Both the position numbers and the translations under genes were made by a program. This document shows, one piece after another, positions 9,953 through 20,236 of a stretch of 64,000 bases of DNA. Position 1 is the first letter of the stretch. Each line of letters opens with the position of its first letter. Source of the stretch: an uncultured Gemmatimonadota bacterium (GTDB lineage Bacteria; JAAXHH01); NCBI GenBank assembly GCA_964593235.1, contig CAZQGS010000020.1, positions 77,717-141,716 of the forward strand, written 5' to 3'. Below the pieces are notes generated by a model. That model did no database searches, had not been told where the DNA came from, and saw only the letters and a list, made by a program, of their open reading frames with translations.

Positions 9953-11686
9953 ATGCCTCTTATAGAATTTTGCCCTATACAGCGATGGACCTGGGGCATT
10001 AGCTTTTTTTTAAGTTTATTATTGTTTGGATGTGAGACATCGGATGATGTCCCTACCATCCAAGCAGAGTTGTCACGTATTAATTCTATAGGGAGAGAAC
10101 TTCCCTCGGATGGTGCAGCCCTAGACCAACAGTACATTAGATTGAGTATGGTGGAGCCTTCTACTCTTGATGTGGGGATCTCTCTTTTTGATGCGCAATT
10201 TAACGCTTTCCTTTTTGAATCCTTGCTGGTTTGCGACGAAAATATGGAGATCAAAGGTGCGGCTGCGGAATCATGGTCTGTAGCTGATGATCATGTCACT
10301 TGGACTTTTAAGATCCGGCCAGGAGCTCTGTGGAGCGATGGTCGGCCCGTGACAGCTCAGGATTTCGAATGGTCCTTTCGCCGATTAATTGATCCAGCAT
10401 CAGGTAACATCTTTGCTTATTTTTATTATCCAATTAAAGGAGCAAGAGCCTATAATACTGGCCAGACGACTGATAAGAACGTGCTTGGTATTAAAGCAGT
10501 AGATGAACGAACACTTATAATAGAGACAGAAGAACCTTGCTCTTATTTTCCTTTTATTCTTACCTTTTTTACATCTGTCCCCGCGCCTCGTTGGCAGGTT
10601 GAGAAATATGGTAGGCAATGGACAGAACCAGAATACTGTGTATCCAATTCTACATGGCAACTTGCTTCATGGGACAAAAATGTCGAAATGCAATATGTGT
10701 TAAACCCTCATTATAATGGACCTTGGCAGGGATATCTTGAACAAATAGATTTTACTTTTGTTCTTCCGGGTTGGCGAGGGTTAACCGCTTATGAAAATAA
10801 TGAATTTGACCGAATGGGTGTTGGCGGACCTGATTACCAGCATGCCCGAATGGACCCTGTTCTTAAAAGAGAGTTAATAACCTATCCTAATTTTGGAACT
10901 TACTACACTATTTTTCAGACGAATAAACCTCCTTTCAATAACGTATTTTTGCGGCAGGCTCTTGCTCATGCTATCGATCGTGAATCGATATGCAAAGTTG
11001 TTCTAGGGGGTGCTGCAACTCCATCCTATGGAATGTTGCCCAAAGGTTTTCCAGGGTATCAAGTAAACCGAATTAGAAAGTATCAAGTATTTGATCCAGA
11101 ATTAGCTAGAAAGAGATTAACTGAAGCTGGGTATCCCGGCGGAAAGGGTTTACCTCCTTTGGAACTTTGGGTTCGAGGACAACCACCAACGCCCGATGAA
11201 TGGAATGTGGTAGTAGCTATGCAACAAATGTTCCAAGAGCATCTTAATATAAAGGTACGTCTCAGACAGCAGCCTACTAATTCATTTAATTCTTTCATGC
11301 GCAACCATGAAATTCCCTGGGGTTTCCTCTGGTTTAATATGGATTACCCTGATCCTAGTGACATGATAGCTATACCCTGGCGTTCTCAACCGATGGGGTC
11401 AGGAAGGCAAGACTGGCGAGATAATACCTTTGACAGATTAGTAGATGCTGCAGCAGAGGAATTTAATAATGAGAAACGTGTGGCTATATACCAAGATGCC
11501 GAGGAAATTTTAGCTAAGGAGGCGGCCGGTGTTTTTCTTTACAATATGGTAAATGCGACACTCAGTAAACCCTGGGTTAAAGGTATTGAAGAAAATAGAT
11601 ATGGAGACCGCCGTTGGAGTGGATTTGCCCCGGCATTCTCAAGTCTTTACATTGGAGAAACCAGCGAATTGAACTCTAGGCGTTAG
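9953..11686 (+). CDS. ABC transporter substrate-binding lipoprotein, family 5 (peptide/oligosaccharide type)
   Basis: 577 aa. Lipobox LLFGC, and SBP_bac_5-like core (AAESWSVADDHVTWTFKIRPGALWSDGRPVTAQDF). No permease or ATPase genes are adjacent. Confidence 0.85.
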   Translation: MPLIEFCPIQRWTWGISFFLSLLLFGCETSDDVPTIQAELSRINSIGRELPSDGAALDQQYIRLSMVEPSTLDVGISLFDAQFNAFLFESLLVCDENMEIKGAAAESWSVADDHVTWTFKIRPGALWSDGRPVTAQDFEWSFRRLIDPASGNIFAYFYYPIKGARAYNTGQTTDKNVLGIKAVDERTLIIETEEPCSYFPFILTFFTSVPAPRWQVEKYGRQWTEPEYCVSNSTWQLASWDKNVEMQYVLNPHYNGPWQGYLEQIDFTFVLPGWRGLTAYENNEFDRMGVGGPDYQHARMDPVLKRELITYPNFGTYYTIFQTNKPPFNNVFLRQALAHAIDRESICKVVLGGAATPSYGMLPKGFPGYQVNRIRKYQVFDPELARKRLTEAGYPGGKGLPPLELWVRGQPPTPDEWNVVVAMQQMFQEHLNIKVRLRQQPTNSFNSFMRNHEIPWGFLWFNMDYPDPSDMIAIPWRSQPMGSGRQDWRDNTFDRLVDAAAEEFNNEKRVAIYQDAEEILAKEAAGVFLYNMVNATLSKPWVKGIEENRYGDRRWSGFAPAFSSLYIGETSELNSRR

Positions 11687-11689
11687 AAA

Positions 11690-12562
11690 TCAGGCAAATG
11701 GATTTAGATCAAAATCAGATTCAGGTTCAATGATTTGCATTCCCTCTGGCCAATTCGTAGGCCATTCCCATCCAGGAATTTCCAGACTGGCAGCTCGAAC
11801 CCTATGAGCCGCTGCTCTGCGATGTATACCAGCCTTAGCTTGGCTAATTTCTGAGCTATGGATTGTTGTAGGGAAGTAAAATGTAACACTGCCTTCTCCT
11901 GCAATGCAGTCAATAGCTTGATTTTCGTGGGTATTAATGTAGTCATTAAGCCCACCAGTGAGTTCTAAAGGGCCTTGAAGATGAGAGCCAGGAAGAATTT
12001 TCATCGCTCCATTCTCAATAGTTTGAGGATCAACGTTGATTCGAACAATTATAGTTTTTAGAAAATAATCCTCTTGCCAATTGATATCTGTTGGCCGTAT
12101 ATGGACGTGACCAAATTGAGTCCAATATTTTTCGAGATTGATTCCCTTTTTTTTAGGGGGATCGACTATAAAAAATGTGTCTTGATGCCAGCTGATTTCT
12201 GCATCGCCCCCAGCTACTTTATCAAACATTGTTCCTATACTCGCTTGTTTAACAGGTTCTCCGAGGGTATTTTCTAGGACATTCAAGATTACAGGATGGC
12301 GTGTAAACCTGAGCCCCTTTTCACAGACAGCATAGAGCTCCCATAGTAAAAAGATTGTATCCTTAGATTTACCCAGTAATTTCTCAGTAGGCCGACCTTT
12401 ATACTCCTCAACAGATTCTACTTCAGTGATTGTCTCATCTAGGTGATCTCGAAAATTTTTCATTTCTTCAGCCGAAAATACACCTTCTACCGTCACGATA
12501 CCCTGGTCCTTTAGAATAGAAACTGCATCTTGTAGAGTTAATCTCGGATAGATATTGTTCAT
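11690..12562 (-). CDS. phytanoyl-CoA dioxygenase (PhyH) family Fe(II)/2-oxoglutarate oxygenase
   Basis: 290 aa. The WHQD metal motif (ISWHQDTFF) and a later histidine (PGSHL) fit the PhyH family. Confidence 0.7.
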   Translation of the reverse strand: MNNIYPRLTLQDAVSILKDQGIVTVEGVFSAEEMKNFRDHLDETITEVESVEEYKGRPTEKLLGKSKDTIFLLWELYAVCEKGLRFTRHPVILNVLENTLGEPVKQASIGTMFDKVAGGDAEISWHQDTFFIVDPPKKKGINLEKYWTQFGHVHIRPTDINWQEDYFLKTIIVRINVDPQTIENGAMKILPGSHLQGPLELTGGLNDYINTHENQAIDCIAGEGSVTFYFPTTIHSSEISQAKAGIHRRAAAHRVRAASLEIPGWEWPTNWPEGMQIIEPESDFDLNPFA

Positions 12563-12592
12563 AACTTATAGCTCCTTAGATAACCTTTATGC

Positions 12593-14278
12593 TTAAGGGG
12601 TTAAATTTAGTTCTATTTCCCGTATATCTTGTCCTGGTTCGATCGCTAATGTATCAGGATAAATGGCCGATCGCTCGGCAGGCAAAAAAGGACTCACTAT
12701 GCCATCATCATAGCGGCCATTCATGTTGGTATCATTATAGCCGTATAGGATATATTTTGCTGGGGATATTTTATTAAACTGAAAAATACCGGGGGCATTC
12801 AATTTAACCTTTGTGGTATTATTAGAATTTTCGGTAGAAAACAGCGAGATTTCTATATGTCCAGTCGACATATTATTTCCTATCCTACCCCCTATCGAAC
12901 CATACTCTTCAGGCCCAATAGAGATAAAGGAAGAAGAGATAGTGTCAGAAGTACCAGAAGGGGAGTCTAAAGTTAATCCCACCATATTTTTTATGAGATG
13001 TGATTGAATTTTGATTTCATATTCTGTTTTTGGTTTAAGGGAAACCAACGGTTTTATCAGCGCAGTGTTGGGTGATCTCCAATATATTTCGTATTCTAGG
13101 TTAGGTCCAGTTACTTCGTTTATAGTAATAGCTTTTTGGCTGAAAGTAACAGGTTCATTAAAAGACAATACTATTTCAGTTGTTAGTTGGTTGTAGTGAG
13201 ATCCGTTATGCGGGTGAATTCCCAAAAGTTTGGGTTGAGATCGATCTTCAATATCAGAGCCCAAAAAGTGTAATTTGCTCTTTGTTAAATTGTTGGTTGC
13301 CAACCCTTTGACAGTTAAAATATACGCTTTTAGAGGCTCCTGAGATGCGGTCATTAATTTGATTGATCTAGGGTCGTTAGGGTTTAAATAGATGCCAGTA
13401 ATATCAAGTTCTAGGCCATCCTCAATAGTTTGAATTTGGTAGTTGTTTTTATCGTTTATTTGATTTTTCTCAGCGGTTCTACTCAAAATAATATTTAGCT
13501 CATTTCGGTGCGATGGTTGGGCTGAGATCAAAGATATTATACCTTGCCTAGTAGTTAACTGAAACCATATTGGCCCATCAGATATTTGTTTTTCAGAAAT
13601 CATCATATCTCGAGGAGGAACTCCCAGAGGTTCAAGATAATTATACTTCTGGTCTCTATTTTGGTCTAAAAAGGCAAAAAGGCGATATTGGCCAGGTGAA
13701 ATATGAGTAAAACGAAAGGTCCCATTTATATCGGTTTGGGTTAGATAATCTGGGGCGGTTAAAGTAGGATCTGGAATTTTGTTTTTGGAAAGGTCGTAGG
13801 CCCAGATATAGGTTCTAGGAGTTAATTTTTTTTTATAAATGGTTTTCCCAAATAAGATCCCATGATCTATTTGAGAGCTAGTTGAGAGGGCATAAATGTA
13901 GGGAGAGCTCATCCGATTTCCGTAGTTATCTTTAATTCCAGTCCCTAGGGTAATAATATAAGTGGTATTTTCCTTAAGGAATTCTCTAAATTTTATTTTT
14001 ATTTTTTTATTCCACCGATCTGTTTCGATACCAAATTTTACGATGGGAGAAATAAAAATATTGGTTTCTATCGACGAAGTCTCTAGGGCTTCATTAAAAG
14101 AGAATGTTGGAGAAATATTAAAAGACACCTCAGTCGAACCCGAGGTTGGTTGGCTTTCTGCTACGAAAGGGGGGAAGATATCCCTTGGCCCTCCGGGAGG
14201 AAAACCCTCCCGGGCACAGGTTATCGAGATGAGACTAATTGATAGAATCAGTGCTATCCCGCACAGAATTCTGTTCAT
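12593..14278 (-). CDS. lipoprotein with Ig-like (SbsA/Big_5-type) and DUF2141-like beta-sandwich modules
   Basis: 561 aa. Signal peptide plus lipobox (LISITC). N-terminal Ig-like segment (PPFVAESQPTSGSTEVS). Two G-x-F-x-F...G-x-Y...D-x-N-x-(N/D) units (GTFRFTHISPGQYRLFAFLDQNRDQKYN and GIFQFNKISPAKYILYGYNDTNMNGRYDDG). Confidence 0.55.
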   Translation of the reverse strand: MNRILCGIALILSISLISITCAREGFPPGGPRDIFPPFVAESQPTSGSTEVSFNISPTFSFNEALETSSIETNIFISPIVKFGIETDRWNKKIKIKFREFLKENTTYIITLGTGIKDNYGNRMSSPYIYALSTSSQIDHGILFGKTIYKKKLTPRTYIWAYDLSKNKIPDPTLTAPDYLTQTDINGTFRFTHISPGQYRLFAFLDQNRDQKYNYLEPLGVPPRDMMISEKQISDGPIWFQLTTRQGIISLISAQPSHRNELNIILSRTAEKNQINDKNNYQIQTIEDGLELDITGIYLNPNDPRSIKLMTASQEPLKAYILTVKGLATNNLTKSKLHFLGSDIEDRSQPKLLGIHPHNGSHYNQLTTEIVLSFNEPVTFSQKAITINEVTGPNLEYEIYWRSPNTALIKPLVSLKPKTEYEIKIQSHLIKNMVGLTLDSPSGTSDTISSSFISIGPEEYGSIGGRIGNNMSTGHIEISLFSTENSNNTTKVKLNAPGIFQFNKISPAKYILYGYNDTNMNGRYDDGIVSPFLPAERSAIYPDTLAIEPGQDIREIELNLTP

Positions 14279-14281
14279 ATA

Positions 14282-15217
14282 TTAGGCACGAGGATGTGCT
14301 TCTTCATACATTTTTTTTAAGCGTTCTAAGGCTACGTGAGTATAAATTTGAGTAGTCGATAGACGCTCATGGCCAAGTAGTTCTTTTACTGCTAGCAAAT
14401 CAGCTCCAGCATCCAGTAAGTGGGTCGCCGTTGTATGTCGTAGTATATGGGGGGTTAAATTTTCATGATTTATACGTAGCCCATACTTGCCCAGGATATA
14501 TTGTACACCACGCCCTGTTAGTCTATTGCCATGTTGGTTTAGGAGTAGTGCTGACATGTCTTTGCTCTCCCCCTGTTTCAGTAAATGAGGTCTTACCTCA
14601 AGGTAAGATGCCAATGCCGAAAGCCCGTGTTTTCCTAAAGGAACTATCCGTTCTTTATTTCCTTTTCCTACTAGCCTTATCCGTTCTTCTACTAGATCTA
14701 TGGCTTCTGTATCCAAATTAATGAGCTCTGAAAGCCGCATACCTGCCCCATAAAGCATTTCTAAAATAACCGCATCCCGGAGTCCTAAAACTTCATTTCG
14801 GTCAGGCTGATTTAGAAGCATATCCACCTGATTTCGATCCAGAAAACGTGGCAAATGACTTTCCCATTTCGGGGTTGTTAGGTATATACATGGGTTAGTA
14901 GATAAACGATCTTCTCTACAAAGATAATGAAAGAAAGATCGTACAGCAGCAAAACGACGTGCAATAGTACGTCGGCTCAAACCAGCTTGATGTAAATGGT
15001 GCAGGAAAGATCTTAGGGTGGACTTGTTGATAGATTCAAGTTCCATTGAGCTTACAGAATAGGAGTCATAGATGAAGGATTTAAACTTTTTTAAATCTCC
15101 AGCATAGGCTATTCTGGTATGTGGTGAGTAATTTCTTTCTACCTCAAGGTATTCAAGAAAACTTTTAATCTCAGCTTCCAAAATGGTTTTCCTTCTGTTA
15201 AGAGGCATCAGAAGCAT
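14282..15217 (-). CDS. xerC: tyrosine recombinase XerC/XerD
   Basis: 311 aa. N-terminal SAM-like domain (FLEYLEVERNYSPHT). Catalytic region GMRLSEL, HILRHTTATHLL and GHERLSTTQIYTHV. The start overlaps the topA stop by 20 nt. Confidence 0.85.
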   Translation of the reverse strand: MLLMPLNRRKTILEAEIKSFLEYLEVERNYSPHTRIAYAGDLKKFKSFIYDSYSVSSMELESINKSTLRSFLHHLHQAGLSRRTIARRFAAVRSFFHYLCREDRLSTNPCIYLTTPKWESHLPRFLDRNQVDMLLNQPDRNEVLGLRDAVILEMLYGAGMRLSELINLDTEAIDLVEERIRLVGKGNKERIVPLGKHGLSALASYLEVRPHLLKQGESKDMSALLLNQHGNRLTGRGVQYILGKYGLRINHENLTPHILRHTTATHLLDAGADLLAVKELLGHERLSTTQIYTHVALERLKKMYEEAHPRA

Positions 15218-17435
15218 CGGCAGTTATTTGGTGCTTGCAATCAGGACATTGAAGTGTAGACTCACCAGACTTGTTTGTTTTCTCAACTATAATGGGATAG
15301 TTGCATGCAGGACAGTGTTTATTTTGAGGAGTGTCCCACAGTACAAAACGACATTTAGGATAATTGGTGCAACCAAAAAAATTACGTCCCTTCTGAGATC
15401 TTCTTGCTGTTAACGACCCACCGCACTGCTCTTGCGGACAGGTAATACCCAGCTCGATGGGCTGAGTTTCTTTGCAACTTGGATATCCTGTACATGCTAA
15501 AAACGGACCATACCGGCCTGTTTTCGCCACCATGGGTTCTCCACATTTTTCACAGATTTTATCCGAGACTTCTTCTGGTTTTTGATCCATATTTAAGGGT
15601 CTAGTATTCTTACACTCGGGAAATCCTTCACAGGCCATAAATCGCCCGTTTCTTCCCCACCTTATAATCATTGAGTTGCCACATTTTTCACAAAGTTCAT
15701 CAGTTTTTTCCGTAAGAGTATTTTTTAACTCTGATCGTTTGGCAATAACAGACTGAAGCTGCTCATTAAAGGGATTATAAAAATCAACTAGTATACCGGT
15801 CCAGTTCAGTTCTCCAGTTTCTATACGGTCCAATGCATCTTCCATCCTGGCAGTAAAAGCCACATCGAAGAGGTCAGGAAAAGCCTTAACTAAAATTTGG
15901 TTAACAGCCATGCCCAGTTCGGATGGTGAGAACCGCCTTTGCTCGAGTTCCACATACTTTCGCTGACGTAATGTACTTATAATCTGGGCGTAGGTGCTAG
16001 GCCTGCCGATCTGCCTTACTTCTAGTTCTTTAACTAAACTAGCTTCTGTATACTTAGGCGGGGGTTGTGTGAAATGCTGTTTGGGTTCTAGTTTTACAAG
16101 ATTTAGTAGATCATTGCCATTTATTTTAGGCAGTAATTTGTTTTCATTCTCCTCCGCATCGTCATCTAGGGCTTCTTCATAAACTTTTTGAAAACCTGGG
16201 AACGTAGGTACAGTTCCAGTAGCACGAAAAATACATGCTCCAGCTTTCACATCTATTGTTGTCACGTCGAAACGGGCTGGTTCCATCTGAGAAGCAACAA
16301 AGCGTAGCCAGATTAACTCATACAATTTAAACTGTTCGGGAGTAAGGAAAGGTTTTACTTTCTCAGGGGTTTGCTCAACATCTGTCGGGCGTATTGCTTC
16401 GTGGGCATCTTGAGCTCCCTGTTTTGTCTTATATATTTTGGGTTTTCTAGGTAGATATTCTTGACCGTAACCCTTGGTTATCAAATCACGAACTGCCTGG
16501 ATGGCTTCATCCACAATACGGGTAGAGTCTGTCCGCATGTACGTAATTAAGCCTATGGTTCCTGTATTCCCCAAATCAACACCTTCGTATAGCTGCTGAG
16601 CAATTGACATAGTCATTCTGGTATTGAATCTGAGGCTTTTAGCCGCTTCTTGTTGAAGTGTGCTTGTTATAAATGGTGGGTATGGGTTACGTTTTGTTGC
16701 TTTCTTGGCAATATTTTGGATTTGAAATATTGCACCATCAAGTTTTTTTATAATATCTTGCGCTTTCTTTTCATCGGGGATATGAACTTTTTCATTATCT
16801 AGTCGAATCATTTTAACAGGGAAAACAGTATTCTCATCAGTCCTCAGATTTGCTGTTATGGACCAATATTCTTCGACCTTAAAGTTTTCTATTTCGTTTG
16901 CCCGTTCACAAATTAGCCTAAGAGCTACAGATTGGACCCGTCCCGCACTCAACCCTTTTGTAATTGTCTTCCATAAAACAGGACTGACTTGGTACCCGAC
17001 TAGTCTATCCATAACGCGCCGGGCTTGTTGGGCATTTACCTTTTGCATGTCGATCGGAACAGGTTTTTTAATAGCTGTCTGTACCGCGACTGGTGTAATT
17101 TCATGAAAAAGGATTCTACCAATCTCTTTATTATTACTTTCTATCTGGCTAGCAACATGCCACGCAATAGCCTCACCCTCACGATCAGGGTCAGTCGCTA
17201 GGAAAATCTGATCAGCAAGCTTTGCAGCACTACGAATTTCTTTTACAACTTTTTCTTTCCCGGGAATAGTTACGTATTCAGGTTTGAAATTATTATCAAC
17301 ATCCACGCCCAAGCTTTTTGGGGGTAGATCTCTTACATGACCTACAGAAGCTTTAATATCGAAGTCCTTGCCCAAATATTTTTGAATCGTACGGGCCTTA
17401 GCTGGGGACTCCACAATGACGAGAGACTTGGACAT
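15198..17435 (-). CDS. topA: DNA topoisomerase I
   Basis: 745 aa. TOPRIM N-terminus LVIVESPAKARTIQKYLG, active-site tyrosine region GLITYMRTDS, and four C-terminal Cys4 zinc ribbons. Confidence 0.95.
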   Translation of the reverse strand: MSKSLVIVESPAKARTIQKYLGKDFDIKASVGHVRDLPPKSLGVDVDNNFKPEYVTIPGKEKVVKEIRSAAKLADQIFLATDPDREGEAIAWHVASQIESNNKEIGRILFHEITPVAVQTAIKKPVPIDMQKVNAQQARRVMDRLVGYQVSPVLWKTITKGLSAGRVQSVALRLICERANEIENFKVEEYWSITANLRTDENTVFPVKMIRLDNEKVHIPDEKKAQDIIKKLDGAIFQIQNIAKKATKRNPYPPFITSTLQQEAAKSLRFNTRMTMSIAQQLYEGVDLGNTGTIGLITYMRTDSTRIVDEAIQAVRDLITKGYGQEYLPRKPKIYKTKQGAQDAHEAIRPTDVEQTPEKVKPFLTPEQFKLYELIWLRFVASQMEPARFDVTTIDVKAGACIFRATGTVPTFPGFQKVYEEALDDDAEENENKLLPKINGNDLLNLVKLEPKQHFTQPPPKYTEASLVKELEVRQIGRPSTYAQIISTLRQRKYVELEQRRFSPSELGMAVNQILVKAFPDLFDVAFTARMEDALDRIETGELNWTGILVDFYNPFNEQLQSVIAKRSELKNTLTEKTDELCEKCGNSMIIRWGRNGRFMACEGFPECKNTRPLNMDQKPEEVSDKICEKCGEPMVAKTGRYGPFLACTGYPSCKETQPIELGITCPQEQCGGSLTARRSQKGRNFFGCTNYPKCRFVLWDTPQNKHCPACNYPIIVEKTNKSGESTLQCPDCKHQITADASDAS

Positions 17436-17486
17436 TTCTATAAAGTTGAATAAAGGTTTAAATAATGTTCTGAAGGAGGGTCACCA

Positions 17487-17957
17487 TCAGTTTCCAATAA
17501 AATCATCATCAAGGTCATCGGGTAACCAGATAATAGCTTGACCAGACTCCGATTCAAGCAGGATAGGAGCAGTGATTGTCTTGATGTCGTCCCGTGTTAT
17601 AGAACGAGCTCCAGTCAGGGTAGCTCGTTCTATAATTAGTTCTGTCTGCGAATCAGATATGAGACCGAGTTCCCTCAGTTCTAGAAGATAACCGTACGCC
17701 TCCGGTTCAATGATTAACTGTTCTACCGCATGCAGAATTCGGTTGGGTTTGGGTTGAAGTGGATTGGTCGAATCGACCACAACTTCTGCTTGAGCCTGAA
17801 GACGGTCAAATAACCAGGCAAACGCTGTATTAACTTCTTGTTGTGTATACCCGTGTCCAACTAGTGTTTGCGAAACATCAGCAATATCACTAAAACGGCC
17901 TTTTTCATCCTGCATGTGCTTCATTAGGAAAACAATGATTTCCATCACTTTTTCCAT
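17487..17957 (-). CDS. smg: Smg (DUF494) family protein
   Basis: Smg-like N-terminus MEKVMEIIVFLMKHM...GYTQQEVNTAFAWLFDRL, in the conserved position upstream of topA. The ATG at 17957 has the RBS GGAG 6 nt upstream. The ORF-track start at 18023 would add 22 aa without a good RBS. Confidence 0.7.
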   Translation of the reverse strand: MEKVMEIIVFLMKHMQDEKGRFSDIADVSQTLVGHGYTQQEVNTAFAWLFDRLQAQAEVVVDSTNPLQPKPNRILHAVEQLIIEPEAYGYLLELRELGLISDSQTELIIERATLTGARSITRDDIKTITAPILLESESGQAIIWLPDDLDDDFIGN

Positions 17958-18108
17958 GTTTTTCTCCAGAAAATCCAAAGATGTCACTGGATTCCCACCG
18001 TAGATCGGTACCCAGTTGTTCATCCTATCTGTTCTCTATTTACAATTTGAAAATCTAATCTTGCAAGGGGCAATAAGCAAGTTATTTTTCCCTCCCTAAT
18101 TCTTTTGT

Positions 18109-19128
18109 TTATGCTTCGAATATCTTTCCTATTTCATCTCTAGCAAATACGGGAAGATCGATTAGTGATCCCTTGCGATTTATTCTGACCCCAAAATCAG
18201 ACTCTTTTACACAACCGATGTCAGCCGTAAAAATTCCCGCTTGTCTAAGATTTTTGGTAACCCTTTCCGAATAGTTAGGCTCTACAAAGAGTAACAAAGC
18301 ACCTGAGGCGATCACTCCTAGTGGATCTAGTTTATAGAACGAACAAAGAGCCTTACTTTCCGGGAAAATGGGGATCATGTCGTCCTCAATAAGCATCCCA
18401 ACGTTAGCTGCGATAGCTATTTCATGTAACCCCGAGGCAATCCCTCCTTCTGTAGGATCGTGCATAGCATGAACTCCCCCAGTTTCCATAGCGATACGAG
18501 CATCTTTTATAACGCTTAAACCAGGTTCTTCAAAATATTTATAACATTTTTCAAGAAAAATTTCCGAAAAATGAGCCTTTATCTCCGTTCTTTTTTCCAT
18601 AGCGATTAATACAGTTGCCTCAATAGCAATACCTTTAGTTATAAGTATTCGGTCACCTACTTTGGCGTCGGTCCCGCAAACATATCTATCCTTGGTAGTT
18701 TCACCAAGCATCTGGCCAACCAGTAGCGGGCGATCCAGGCCATGAGTAATTTCGGTATGCCCACCGCATAGCGTAATATTAAGTTCATCGCAGGCTTTTG
18801 ACAGGCCGGAGAAAATATTTTCGACCAGTTTAGGGGTAGTTTTACCCTCTGGAAGAAGAATCGTTGTTAGGAACCATTTAGGAATAGCTCCCATTGCTGC
18901 AACATCATTAGCATTTATGTTGACGGCGTACCAACCAATATTATCTGTGGCGAAAGTTATAGGATCAGTTTTGGTTACGAGAACATTAGAACCAAAAGAA
19001 ATAACAGCTGCGTCTCTCCCAATACCAGGCCCAACAAGAAGTCGTGGGTCAGGTCTAGAAGCATATCGTTGTAGTATTCGTTCTAGGTCTTTGGTGGGTA
19101 GTTTCCCGACCGGGTAGTGAAGAGGCAT
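18109..19128 (-). CDS. AIR synthase-related (PurM superfamily, HypE/SelD-like) protein
   Basis: 339 aa. GKLPTKDLERIL N-terminus, DAAV, TDPITF and NANDVAAMGAIP match the PurM/HypE/SelD fold. The HypE C-terminal Cys and the SelD N-terminal Cys/Sec are both absent. Confidence 0.7.
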   Translation of the reverse strand: MPLHYPVGKLPTKDLERILQRYASRPDPRLLVGPGIGRDAAVISFGSNVLVTKTDPITFATDNIGWYAVNINANDVAAMGAIPKWFLTTILLPEGKTTPKLVENIFSGLSKACDELNITLCGGHTEITHGLDRPLLVGQMLGETTKDRYVCGTDAKVGDRILITKGIAIEATVLIAMEKRTEIKAHFSEIFLEKCYKYFEEPGLSVIKDARIAMETGGVHAMHDPTEGGIASGLHEIAIAANVGMLIEDDMIPIFPESKALCSFYKLDPLGVIASGALLLFVEPNYSERVTKNLRQAGIFTADIGCVKESDFGVRINRKGSLIDLPVFARDEIGKIFEA

Positions 19129-19183
19129 GGATATTGATTAATTATTACCCCGAGGTCAAAATATTAACTTTGGATTAACCTAT

Positions 19184-19477
19184 CTATTTTCTCTGAGCCC
19201 GCAGGGCTTCCTTTAGTAATTTGCCAGGTTTAAATTTAGCTTTTCTCCTAGCTGGGACCTCAATGGTATTTCCTGTGCGAGGGTTTCGGGCCGCCGGCTT
19301 AGCCCGTGTTTTTTTTATCTCTAGTGCTCCAAATCCTCTAATCTCGATTCGGTTACCTTCTATAAGGTTTTGTCGCATAACTTCGAATAAGGTGTCAATT
19401 ACTGGAGACGTCAGATTTTTATTTAGGTCCAGTTTTTCGCTGACGCTATTAACTAACTCTTTTCGTGTTGTTGTCAT
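19184..19477 (-). CDS. HU/IHF family DNA-binding protein
   Basis: 97 aa. RIEIRGFGALEIKKTRAKPAARNPRTGNTIEVPARRKAKFKPGK is the HU/IHF beta-arm signature. Confidence 0.85.
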   Translation of the reverse strand: MTTTRKELVNSVSEKLDLNKNLTSPVIDTLFEVMRQNLIEGNRIEIRGFGALEIKKTRAKPAARNPRTGNTIEVPARRKAKFKPGKLLKEALRAQRK

Positions 19478-19500
19478 TATTCTTCTTTCATCTAAATCTT

Positions 19501-20133
19501 TTATGATCGAGGGTACAGTTGAATTAATTTTTCCACATTGTCATTATTGATAGTATTTTCGTTGCCGAGTAAACGGGCGACGAGAGCTATATGTGCTAAA
19601 TGTTCCATAGTTTCCATCTTATGATATGCTGAAATAACATCGGAACCTAGGGTCAAGGCCCCATGGTTTTCTAACAATATTGCATCATTAGTACAGACGT
19701 ATTCCCTTAGTGATTCAACCAGTTCCATAGTCCCAGGTGTACCATAGGGTGCGGTCGGGATGTTACCTAAAGAAACAATAACTTCAGGTAGAAGATTTTT
19801 GGGTAAATCAATGCCGGCGACAGAAAACCCAGTTGAAGTCGGGGGGTGGGCATGGGCAACACCATGGATATCCGGGCGTTCACGATACGCCATCAGATGC
19901 ATTTTCATTTCTGACGATGGCTTTTGGGTTCCGGAGATAGCCTTGCCGTCATAATCCACTATAACTAGTTGTTCAGGAGTTAGAAAACCCTTACTTACTC
20001 CTGACATTGTTATTAAAAGGCGATCTTCAGATAAACGGACGCTTATATTACCATCGTTCGAGGCAACATAACCCCGATTATACATCCGCTTTCCAACCTG
20101 AATCACGTCAGATATAGCCTGCTGTAGATGCAA
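19501..20133 (-). CDS. class II aldolase/adducin family protein (fuculose-phosphate aldolase / MtnB-like)
   Basis: 210 aa. SNDGNISVR, HAHPP and LENHGALTLG motifs. Confidence 0.8.
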   Translation of the reverse strand: MHLQQAISDVIQVGKRMYNRGYVASNDGNISVRLSEDRLLITMSGVSKGFLTPEQLVIVDYDGKAISGTQKPSSEMKMHLMAYRERPDIHGVAHAHPPTSTGFSVAGIDLPKNLLPEVIVSLGNIPTAPYGTPGTMELVESLREYVCTNDAILLENHGALTLGSDVISAYHKMETMEHLAHIALVARLLGNENTINNDNVEKLIQLYPRS

Positions 20134-20236
20134 GATAGAAGACTTCCGTTTGATTAACTAATTATCGATTGAGAGGTATTAAAGACGAATATATTCGGCG
20201 CAAAAATTTCGCACAAGTAAATTCGTTCTTAGTAAC

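Noticed and set aside
14282-15217. The tyrosine recombinase could mark an integrated mobile element.
   Set aside because: It has the XerC/XerD housekeeping architecture, overlaps topA, and has no nearby tRNA, direct repeats, phage genes or transposase genes.
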